DNA of 32,000 nt from Prochlorococcus sp. MIT 0801 (GTDB lineage Bacteria > Cyanobacteriota > Cyanobacteriia > PCC-6307 > Cyanobiaceae): positions 240,001 to 272,000 of the forward strand of contig NZ_CP007754.1 of NCBI RefSeq assembly GCF_000757865.1, read 5' to 3'. The position numbers were made by a program, and so were the translations under genes. Position 1 is the stretch's first letter, and every line of letters starts with the position of its first letter. The notes beneath the pieces were generated by a model. The model worked only from the letters and a program-made list of their open reading frames with translations, ran no database searches and was not told the origin of the DNA. This document shows, piece after piece, positions 9,556-16,986 of this stretch.

Positions 9556-10614
9556 ATGCCTCGCCTTTTAATTGCTGCAAGCGGAACCGGTGGGCACATT
9601 TATCCTGCATTATCTTTCGCCGATTCACTTTCAAATTTTTGGGAAATAGAGTGGTTAGGGGTATCAAATAGGCTCGATGTTGAACTAGTTCCAAAAAAAT
9701 ACAATTTAAACAAGTTAAAAGTTGGAGGATTACAAGGAAACATTTTTAGAAAAATGTTTGATTTATGTAAATTACTCTTCGCTTCTATTCAAGTATCTGT
9801 CTTATTACGTCAAAAAGAAATTAGCGTTATTTTTACCACAGGTGGCTACATATCTGCTCCATGTATTATTGGCGCAAAAATCGCAGGTATTCCTATTGTA
9901 CTGCATGAATCCAATGCTATTCCTGGTAAGGTAACTAGGCTGATGGGTAGATTTTGTGATCATGTAGCTTTAGGGATCCCATCAGCATCTGAGTATTTGC
10001 AAAAATGTAGAACAAGTTTTACAGGAACACCTGTAAGGTCAGAATTTTTATTAGATAAGTCTCTGCCAAGTTGGGTCCCCCTGGGAGAGGGCTTATTGAT
10101 TGTGGTAATGGGAGGTAGTCAAGGAGCAGTAAAGATGAATGAGATGGTAAGGAAGATTTTACCTTTCTTGATTGGGAAGGGTTGTAGAGTTGTTCACTTG
10201 ACTGGTAAAAACGATTGCTTTTATAGAAATCGAGATAAAGATAAAAGTCAACCTAATTTGGTTGTAAGAGACTTCAGTGATGAAATACCTGCCTTGCTTC
10301 GAAATGCTGATCTTGCAATTAGTAGGTCAGGAGCTGGTGCAATTTGTGAATTAATGGTAACCAAGACCCCTTCAATTTTAATACCTTTTCCAAGCTCTAC
10401 CGATCAACATCAAGAGCTTAATGCTGCTTATATGGCAAGATTTGGAGGGGCTATAATAGTTAATCAACATGACCCGGAAAAAAACATATTGAAGAATATT
10501 GTATCGAATTTATTGGATTCTAATTCTCTTAGTGAAATGAAATTAAATATGAATAATCATGATTATTCATATCCTGAAAAAAAGATATTCGAAATAATAA
10601 ATTCTATTAGTTAA
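9556..10614 (+). CDS. murG: UDP-N-acetylglucosamine--N-acetylmuramyl-(pentapeptide) pyrophosphoryl-undecaprenol N-acetylglucosamine transferase
   Basis: 352 aa. GTGGHIYPAL N-terminal motif, GGSQGA, and QHQELNA near the C-terminal domain. Confidence 0.93.
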   Translation: MPRLLIAASGTGGHIYPALSFADSLSNFWEIEWLGVSNRLDVELVPKKYNLNKLKVGGLQGNIFRKMFDLCKLLFASIQVSVLLRQKEISVIFTTGGYISAPCIIGAKIAGIPIVLHESNAIPGKVTRLMGRFCDHVALGIPSASEYLQKCRTSFTGTPVRSEFLLDKSLPSWVPLGEGLLIVVMGGSQGAVKMNEMVRKILPFLIGKGCRVVHLTGKNDCFYRNRDKDKSQPNLVVRDFSDEIPALLRNADLAISRSGAGAICELMVTKTPSILIPFPSSTDQHQELNAAYMARFGGAIIVNQHDPEKNILKNIVSNLLDSNSLSEMKLNMNNHDYSYPEKKIFEIINSIS

Positions 10615-11689
10615 TGTAATCTTTTAGTGTATTAATAATTTGAATATTTTGTTCTCTTTTTAGAAGACTGATTCTGAACCAATTTTCATCTAAGTTTATA
10701 AATGATCTACATTCTCGTAATAAAATTCCTCTTTTTTTTAAATTATCAAGAAGATTTAATATAGAGCTCTCACTTTTTATTAATTGAAAGCTCGTAGTTG
10801 ATGGTAGAGGCTTAATGGTAGAGAAACCTGACAAACTTTGATATAGCCATTGCCCTTCTTTTTCTACCCATCTGTGGATCTTATTTAATCTTTTTTTATG
10901 CATTTTAGAATCTTTCATGATCATCTTAGTTGCATTGATAGCTAGCGTATTTACAGGCCATGGATCTCTTATCTCTTTCCATTTTAATAATCTATCTGAG
11001 TTTGTTACGGCATATCCAATCCTTAATCCAGCAATACCAAGGAATTTAGTTAAACTTCTTATTACTATTAGGTTCTTATATCTAATTGTTAAATCTATAA
11101 TTGATTGTTTTTCACCTCCAGGGACAAGAGAAATAAATGCTTCATCGCAAATTACAAGTTTGTAATTTGCTAATAAATTTTCTATTGAAGAACGACTCCA
11201 TAATTGTCCAGTTGGATTATGTGGATTGGTAATCCACAAGACATTTGCTTTTGGTTCAATTGGAAATGATTGAGGATTGTTATTTGTCCAAGATAAGGGT
11301 AAAGGGTTGTGAACATAAGGAGCATTCCAGCATTTTAAAGCTCTTTGATAATCTCCAAAACCAGGAGAGGGTAAAGAACTTATTCCATTTAAACTTGCAT
11401 CTCTTGCTGCCCACGTAAATAATTCAGAGGCTCCATTGCCAGGTAAAATCATTGATGGCTCAATATTATGCCATTTTGAAATAGCATTTTTCACTTCAAA
11501 ATAACTTCTATCGGGATAAGATCTTATAGACCCATTTTTTATACTATTAATAAGATAATTATTTAATTTTTTAGGTAATTTAAAAGGAACTATTGATGCA
11601 CTTGCATCGATTATATTTTCTGTAGACACTCCTAATTTTCTTGCTTCTTTTTCAATATTACCTCCATGACTTTCAAAGTTTATTTTCAT
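10607..11689 (-). CDS. cobD: PLP-dependent class I/II aminotransferase-fold enzyme, threonine-phosphate decarboxylase (CobD)-like
   Basis: 360 aa. N-terminal HGGN motif (HGGNIEKEARKLG...IIDASASIVPF) and PLP-lysine context SLTKFLGIAGLRIGY. A HisC-like aminotransferase cannot be fully excluded. Confidence 0.75.
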   Translation of the reverse strand: MKINFESHGGNIEKEARKLGVSTENIIDASASIVPFKLPKKLNNYLINSIKNGSIRSYPDRSYFEVKNAISKWHNIEPSMILPGNGASELFTWAARDASLNGISSLPSPGFGDYQRALKCWNAPYVHNPLPLSWTNNNPQSFPIEPKANVLWITNPHNPTGQLWSRSSIENLLANYKLVICDEAFISLVPGGEKQSIIDLTIRYKNLIVIRSLTKFLGIAGLRIGYAVTNSDRLLKWKEIRDPWPVNTLAINATKMIMKDSKMHKKRLNKIHRWVEKEGQWLYQSLSGFSTIKPLPSTTSFQLIKSESSILNLLDNLKKRGILLRECRSFINLDENWFRISLLKREQNIQIINTLKDYIN

Positions 11690-11758
11690 TATATTTGAGA
11701 CAATCTTATTCTTAGTTTAAAATATAATCATAAAAATTTATTTAATTCCTTTTGTATT

Positions 11759-12916
11759 TTACTTCCATGGTTCTTCAGAACCAATTGCCTCTTTAATATT
11801 TCGGAATCCATGTTTTTCCATTTGCAGGATTAATCCATCTAGTATCCCGGGAACTAAATTTGGTCCCTCAAATATCCATCCAGTATAAATCTGAACCAGT
11901 GATGCACCAGCTGTAATTCTTTCCCATGTCGCTCTTGCTGAATTAATTCCACCCACACCAATTAGAGGTAAATCATTATCAGTACTTCTTCTTAGTCTCC
12001 TAATAACTTCCAGTCCTCTTTTTTGTAAGGGTAGACCACTTAATCCTCCATTTTCTTGTTCTAGAGTATTGCCAGTTTTGATTTTTAGATTTTTTAAATC
12101 AAATCGATTTAAGCTGGTATTGATTGCAATGATTCCATCGATGCCATTTTCCATTGCAACTCTCGCAATTTTATCAATTGCTTCATTGGAAAGATCTGGG
12201 GCAATTTTGACAAGCAAAGGAGGACAATTGGATAAATCTTTAAGCGTTCTTATTAATTTTTTTATTTGTTTTGTTCCTTGTAATGAACGAAGGCCTGGAG
12301 TATTAGGTGAACTAACATTAATTACTGCATAGTCTGCTAAAGGAGCCAATAGTCTTAGAGATAGGGAATAGTCTTTATGGGCTTCATCGAGTGGTGTGAT
12401 TTTTGACTTTCCTAAATTTATTCCCAAGATACAAGGTCTATCACCTGGTGCAGGGATTTTCTGTTTTTCTATTGTTTTCAAAAATTTTTCGGCTCCTTCG
12501 TTATTGAATCCCATTCGATTCAGCGCAGCTTTCTCTTTTGCAATTCTAAAAAGTCTAGGTTTTGGATTGCCTTCTTGGGCATGCCAAGTAATAGTTCCTA
12601 ATTCGGCGAAACCAAATCCAAAATAATTCCAAAGACCTGCTCCTACTCCATTCTTGTCAAATCCAGCAGCAAGTCCCAAAGGATTTTTAAAGTGAGAGCC
12701 AAAAACAATTTGATTTAAGCTTGAATTGTTTCTTTGAAAATCACTTGATGCTTTTAAAAGGATATTAGAAATTAATGGAAAGTTTCTATTTAATGATGCG
12801 AATTTAATTGCATTAAGGGCTGAATTAGTAAGTATTTCTGCATCAATACCCTCGTCTTGAGAGAGAAGCTGACCAAGGAGAATGTTGTATAAGTCGTTTT
12901 TTTTAGTTGTTGGCAA
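11759..12916 (-). CDS. pyrD: Dihydroorotate dehydrogenase (quinone), class 2
   Basis: 385 aa. Motifs [36 protein letters not shown] and GVGGI. Confidence 0.93.
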   Translation of the reverse strand: MPTTKKNDLYNILLGQLLSQDEGIDAEILTNSALNAIKFASLNRNFPLISNILLKASSDFQRNNSSLNQIVFGSHFKNPLGLAAGFDKNGVGAGLWNYFGFGFAELGTITWHAQEGNPKPRLFRIAKEKAALNRMGFNNEGAEKFLKTIEKQKIPAPGDRPCILGINLGKSKITPLDEAHKDYSLSLRLLAPLADYAVINVSSPNTPGLRSLQGTKQIKKLIRTLKDLSNCPPLLVKIAPDLSNEAIDKIARVAMENGIDGIIAINTSLNRFDLKNLKIKTGNTLEQENGGLSGLPLQKRGLEVIRRLRRSTDNDLPLIGVGGINSARATWERITAGASLVQIYTGWIFEGPNLVPGILDGLILQMEKHGFRNIKEAIGSEEPWK

Positions 12917-13388
12917 AATCTTTTAGTTGTATTTTTCTACCTTTAGAAAAAGCTACCGCAATTGCATCGACTCTGTCATTATCCTTTTCTCCGCTATGAC
13001 CTTTAACATATTGAAGTTTGATTTTTGGTAACTTAGGATGGTCAAGAGCTTTCCATAAATCTTGATTGAGAACTGGTTTGCCAGATGCAGTTTTCCAGCC
13101 TTTCTTTTTCCAATTTGGCATCCATTTTTCCATTCCATCAATTAAATATTTGCTATCAGTTTTAATAGTTAGCGAAGGGTCGAATTTTATATTTTTTAAT
13201 TTTTCTAGAACAAATAATGCAGCCTGTAATTCCATGCGATTATTTGTTGTCTCGGGCGAGTTCCCACCGAATTCAATCTCGCTTCCATCCTGGAATCTGA
13301 TTAATGCTCCCCAGCCACCTGGACCAGGATTACCACTACATGCACCATCTGTTGCTGCAGCAATTGCAAATTTTTCTTCTTTAGACAT
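12903..13388 (-). CDS. rnhA: Ribonuclease HI
   Basis: 161 aa. Motifs [24 protein letters not shown] and [14 protein letters not shown]. These carry the DEDD catalytic residues. Confidence 0.93.
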   Translation of the reverse strand: MSKEEKFAIAAATDGACSGNPGPGGWGALIRFQDGSEIEFGGNSPETTNNRMELQAALFVLEKLKNIKFDPSLTIKTDSKYLIDGMEKWMPNWKKKGWKTASGKPVLNQDLWKALDHPKLPKIKLQYVKGHSGEKDNDRVDAIAVAFSKGRKIQLKDFANN

Positions 13389-13413
13389 AAAAAAACCGGT
13401 CTGAATAGACCGG
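13389..13413 (-). terminator. Rho-independent terminator downstream of rplL
   Basis: On the minus strand: ccggtct-attc-agaccgg (7-bp GC-rich stem, plus-strand coordinates 13396-13413) followed by a T7 tract (13389-13395). The T tract ends 1 nt before the rnhA ATG. Confidence 0.75.
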
Positions 13414-13455
13414 TTTTATATAAGCAGAAAATAGGTGTTTTTCCAGTAACGATAT

Positions 13456-13851
13456 TTATTTTAAAGTTACTTTTCCGCCAACAGCCTCGATTGCTTTCTT
13501 TAAAGCCTCAGCATCTTCTTTTGTTGCTCCTTCTTTTATTGTTTTTGGAGCAGCTTCAACTAAGGCTTTTGCTTCGCCAAGGCCTAAACCTGTGGCATTG
13601 CGAACTTCTTTGAGGACTTTGATTTTAGATGAAGCATCAAAGCTTTCTAAAACAACCTCAAATTCAGTTTTTTCTTCAGCAGCATCAGCACCATCGCCAC
13701 CAGCAGCAGCTCCTGGAGCGGCCATGACAACGCCGGCAGATGCGGCAGCAGATACACCAAAAGCTTCTTCTATTTGCTTAACAAGCTCTGAGGCTTCAAG
13801 TAAAGAGAGACTTTTTAATGAATCTAAGATTTCATCGGTTTTTGCAGACAT
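13456..13851 (-). CDS. rplL: 50S ribosomal protein L7/L12
   Basis: 131 aa. Ala-rich flexible hinge and a conserved C-terminal domain ([22 protein letters not shown]). Confidence 0.97.
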   Translation of the reverse strand: MSAKTDEILDSLKSLSLLEASELVKQIEEAFGVSAAASAGVVMAAPGAAAGGDGADAAEEKTEFEVVLESFDASSKIKVLKEVRNATGLGLGEAKALVEAAPKTIKEGATKEDAEALKKAIEAVGGKVTLK

Positions 13852-13903
13852 GGTTTAAATCAGCAACTAAGTAAGTAGAAAACAAATTGTTAAAAAAGGA
13901 GGC

Positions 13904-14431
13904 TCAGCTCTCGCCGCTCTCAGAATGTTGTTTAAGAGATCTTGCAAGCCCAGAAGGAACCTCGTTGATACCAATAGCGATTTTGCTTGTTATGGAATTC
14001 AATGCACCAGCAATTTGTCCCATAAGTGCTTCCTTGCTAGGAAGTTTTGCAATCGCTTTGATTTCATCTTGAGATAAGAGTTTGCCTTCGAAAAGACCTC
14101 CTTTTGTCTCAGACTTTTGAGTTTCCTTTTGAAATGCTTGTACAGCTTTAACAGCACTACCAACATCCCCTTTGATTAAAACAAAGGCGTTGGTACCAGT
14201 AAGCAATGAATCCAAACCAGTCCAAGAATCTCTTCCTTTTATGGCTTGACGCATCAAGGTATTTTTAGTGACCTTGCATACACCATCGCTTTGTTGCAAT
14301 CTTGAGCGCAAGTCAGACATTTCTTTTGTGGATAAGCCCTTGTAATCAAGAACTAATGCCATTTCGGAGTTGTCTAATAGATCCTCTATTTTTTTGACGA
14401 TCTGCTTTTTGCTTTCCAGCGTGCGGCCCAT
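13904..14431 (-). CDS. rplJ: 50S ribosomal protein L10
   Basis: 175 aa. Sits immediately upstream of rplL in the canonical order. The N-terminus ([12 protein letters not shown]...[10 protein letters not shown]) is typical of L10. Confidence 0.96.
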   Translation of the reverse strand: MGRTLESKKQIVKKIEDLLDNSEMALVLDYKGLSTKEMSDLRSRLQQSDGVCKVTKNTLMRQAIKGRDSWTGLDSLLTGTNAFVLIKGDVGSAVKAVQAFQKETQKSETKGGLFEGKLLSQDEIKAIAKLPSKEALMGQIAGALNSITSKIAIGINEVPSGLARSLKQHSESGES

Positions 14432-14653
14432 AATAATTGGATCGAATCGGGGGAAGAACTGGACATGCGGCCATATTCCCTTATGGGAATCGAGGCCGCT
14501 AACGATTCAATCCAAAAAGATAAATCTTGCGTATTCCTCGGCGGGGTTTAAAGATTCTATTAAATGAAGATTTAATAGACATCAGACCTGCTGTCTTTGG
14601 CTGGGCGCATGCCCTTGTGGCTATGCCACTTAGCTAATTTACAACAATAAGGG
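14432..14653 (-). promoter_or_regulatory. Structured rplA-rplJ spacer, candidate L10(L12)4 autoregulatory leader (L10-leader-like)
   Basis: 222-nt spacer, clearly more GC-rich than the other intergenic DNA here. A nested hairpin gcggcc-n3-attccc-ataa-gggaat-n2-ggccgc lies at 14467-14499. Shorter hairpins (gtggc-ata-gccac, gggc-atgc-gccc) lie near 14600-14640. The position, 5' of rplJ, matches known L10 leaders. Confidence 0.55.
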
Positions 14654-15361
14654 TCACTTTTCTTTCTGCAAGTCTTGTAATTCGTTTATATCTACTTCTA
14701 TGGATGGTCCCATTGTAGATGTGATAAAGAAGCTTCTCCAAAATTTACCTTTTGCACCGCTTGGTTTATTTTTTTCTATTGTTGCTTGCAGAGTCTTCAG
14801 ATTTTCAAGGAGTGCATCTTCTGAAAAACTTGCTTTTCCAAATCGAACATGAACAATTCCTGCTTTGTCTGCTCTGAATTCAAGTTTTCCTGCTTTAAAT
14901 TCTTTAATAGCTCCTTCTAGATCGGTCGTAACTGTTCCTGCTTTTGGATTAGGCATAAGCCCTCTAGGACCAAGCACTCGCCCCAGTTTGGCTACCTTCG
15001 GCATCATATCTGGAGTTGAAATTAGAAGGTCAAAGTTCATTTCTCCTTTGTTGATTGAATCAACTAAATCTTCCTCTCCAGCTAGATCAGCTCCTGCTTT
15101 AGTTGCTTCATTCACTTTCTCGCCGCGTGTAATAACCGCGATTCGTATTCTCTGACCGGTCCCACTTGGCAAGGCAACTGTTGTTCTGAGTTGCTGATCA
15201 GTATATTTTGGGTCAATCCCGAGTCTTATATGAGCTTCAATAGTCTCATCGAATTTTGCATTGGCATTCTCCTTAACTAGCTTTATAGCTTCAATTGGAG
15301 AATATGAACGCTCTTCCACTTTGGAAAGTAACGTTGTCATTCTTTTAGAAAAATTTTTCAT
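14654..15361 (-). CDS. rplA: 50S ribosomal protein L1
   Basis: 235 aa. Motifs [24 protein letters not shown] and [10 protein letters not shown]. Confidence 0.97.
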   Translation of the reverse strand: MKNFSKRMTTLLSKVEERSYSPIEAIKLVKENANAKFDETIEAHIRLGIDPKYTDQQLRTTVALPSGTGQRIRIAVITRGEKVNEATKAGADLAGEEDLVDSINKGEMNFDLLISTPDMMPKVAKLGRVLGPRGLMPNPKAGTVTTDLEGAIKEFKAGKLEFRADKAGIVHVRFGKASFSEDALLENLKTLQATIEKNKPSGAKGKFWRSFFITSTMGPSIEVDINELQDLQKEK

Positions 15362-15431
15362 AATAAATTGGGGTGCATTCGACTTTTAGTCTCCCCCTTG
15401 TAAGAGAACGTTTGGTGATTTTACGATTTAA

Positions 15432-15857
15432 TTAGTCCTTTATGGAAACACCCATATTTTTGGCAGTTCCTTCAATAACTTTCATCGCTGATTCGATGCT
15501 GCTGCAATTGAGATCAGGAAGTTTTGTTTTAGCAATTTCCTCAAGTTGACTAGTACTAATCGAGCCAGCAGATCCTTTGGCTGACTCTCCTGAACCTTTC
15601 GCAATTCCTGCTGCTTTAGTTATCAAAACAGAAGCAGGAGGTGTTTTTGTTATGAAAGTAAAACTTCTATCTTCGAAAACTGATATTTCTACAGGAATTA
15701 CAAAGCCAGCTTTGTCTTGTGTTCGCGAATTGTATTCTTTGCAAAACGCCATTATGTTTACGCCATGTTGACCAAGCGCAGGCCCAACGGGAGGAGCAGG
15801 GTTGGCTTTGCCAGCCTGTAAGGCCAACTTGATCAGGGCTACTACTTTCTTTGCCAT
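15432..15857 (-). CDS. rplK: 50S ribosomal protein L11
   Basis: 141 aa. Motif [27 protein letters not shown]. Confidence 0.97.
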   Translation of the reverse strand: MAKKVVALIKLALQAGKANPAPPVGPALGQHGVNIMAFCKEYNSRTQDKAGFVIPVEISVFEDRSFTFITKTPPASVLITKAAGIAKGSGESAKGSAGSISTSQLEEIAKTKLPDLNCSSIESAMKVIEGTAKNMGVSIKD

Positions 15858-15960
15858 CGGCTGAAAATTGAACTAATGCGGAAAACCTGAAGTTAATCAG
15901 ATTAAATTATCTATTAAACTTAACTCCTAGACTGACCAGACAGCAAAAGGAAATTAAAAA

Positions 15961-16629
15961 TCAATTTTGTTTAGTTATTTGAGAAAATTCGAGTTCAACT
16001 GGAGTTTCTCTCCCGAAAATTGATAAAAGAGCCTTGAGTTTGTTTCTTTCTCCTGAAACTTCAATAACCTCTCCTTGGAAGTCTTTGAAAGGACCAGCAG
16101 TTACAACAATCTGATCGCCTTCCTCTACATCTAGCTTGACAACAGTTTTCTTTTCAGCTGCTCGTTTGAAAATTCTATTAACTTCTTGCCGGCTGAGAGG
16201 GCGAGGTTTTATGTGTCCGCGTGCTTTACCAGTAGCTCTTCGGTCCTCTGCACCAACAAAATTAATTACATTCGGAGTACTTCTTACAGCCATCATTGTG
16301 TCTTCATCTAACACCATACGAACCAGCACATATCCAGGGAAAACTTTTTCTTCTGTGGTTTGCCTGCTACCATCTTTTTTTAGCTTAACTGCTGGTGTTT
16401 GAGGGATTTCTATCTCTATGATTCTGTCACTAACACCAAGAGTGATTGCTCTTTGCTCAAGCGTCGCTTTTACCTTCTTTTCGCAACTTGAGGCAACCTG
16501 AATAGCGTACCAACGGGCAATATTTGTCTTGATTGCTTGATTTGCAAAAAGTGATTGATCATTCTCAATTGCTTCTGATCTATCAATTATTTTTGAATCT
16601 TTAGCTGGGGTGGTTTCAATCTCTGACAC
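15961..16629 (-). CDS. nusG: Transcription termination/antitermination factor NusG
   Basis: 222 aa. NGN domain (WYAIQVASSCEKKV) and KOW motif (GDQIVVTAGPFKDFQGEVIEV). Carries an N-terminal extension of about 40 aa. Confidence 0.95.
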   Translation of the reverse strand: MSEIETTPAKDSKIIDRSEAIENDQSLFANQAIKTNIARWYAIQVASSCEKKVKATLEQRAITLGVSDRIIEIEIPQTPAVKLKKDGSRQTTEEKVFPGYVLVRMVLDEDTMMAVRSTPNVINFVGAEDRRATGKARGHIKPRPLSRQEVNRIFKRAAEKKTVVKLDVEEGDQIVVTAGPFKDFQGEVIEVSGERNKLKALLSIFGRETPVELEFSQITKQN

Positions 16630-16671
16630 TGGAAAAAATTGTGAGTGGTTTAAAAATTTAGGTGAGTCAAC

Positions 16672-16914
16672 TCAGCGAAAAATCTGAGTAGAGGCCCATC
16701 CATAAAAACGGCTTACAGCAGCGATTGATACTGCTGATAAAGTGACCATTAAAATCACTGCAACAGATTCGCTAAAAAGTTGTTGGCGTGAAGGCCATAC
16801 AACAAGTTTCATTTCATCAATTGTAGAGGATAAAAAACTCTTTTTTAAGGCAGTCTTTTCCTTTTTTGTAGGAATTACCTTTTCTTGATCCTCTTTAGAG
16901 GTTGGACTTGTCAC
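16672..16914 (-). CDS. secE: Preprotein translocase subunit SecE
   Basis: 80 aa with a GTG start. Motif EMKLVVWPSRQQL followed by a single C-terminal TM helix. Canonical position upstream of nusG. Confidence 0.85.
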   Translation of the reverse strand: MTSPTSKEDQEKVIPTKKEKTALKKSFLSSTIDEMKLVVWPSRQQLFSESVAVILMVTLSAVSIAAVSRFYGWASTQIFR

Positions 16915-16986
16915 TTTGGGAAGACTAAAAGGAGTGTACTTTTAAAAAGAATGGCTATGAACCTACACTAACTTATGTTTGATAGA

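Noticed and set aside
9722-9934. Same-strand alternate-frame ORFs inside murG (9722-9934), the TrxR-like gene (23783-24037), the J-domain gene (27674-27856) and rnhA (12953-13141).
   Set aside because: These are out-of-frame overlaps with confidently identified genes. They have no independent motif or start-site support.
13887-14567. Plus-strand ORFs 13887-14072 and 14370-14567 around rplJ and its leader.
   Set aside because: They are antisense to rplJ and to the structured leader RNA. The second derives its openness from the GC-rich leader. No coding evidence.
16915-16986. ACTCCT-containing stretch (minus strand gtacactcctttt) between clpB and secE, checked as a possible Yfr1-like sRNA motif or terminator.
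   Set aside because: Only 6 nt match the Yfr1 core I recall (ACUCCUCACAC), and the hairpin is a 5-bp A/U stem. It is more simply explained as promoter or leader sequence for secE.
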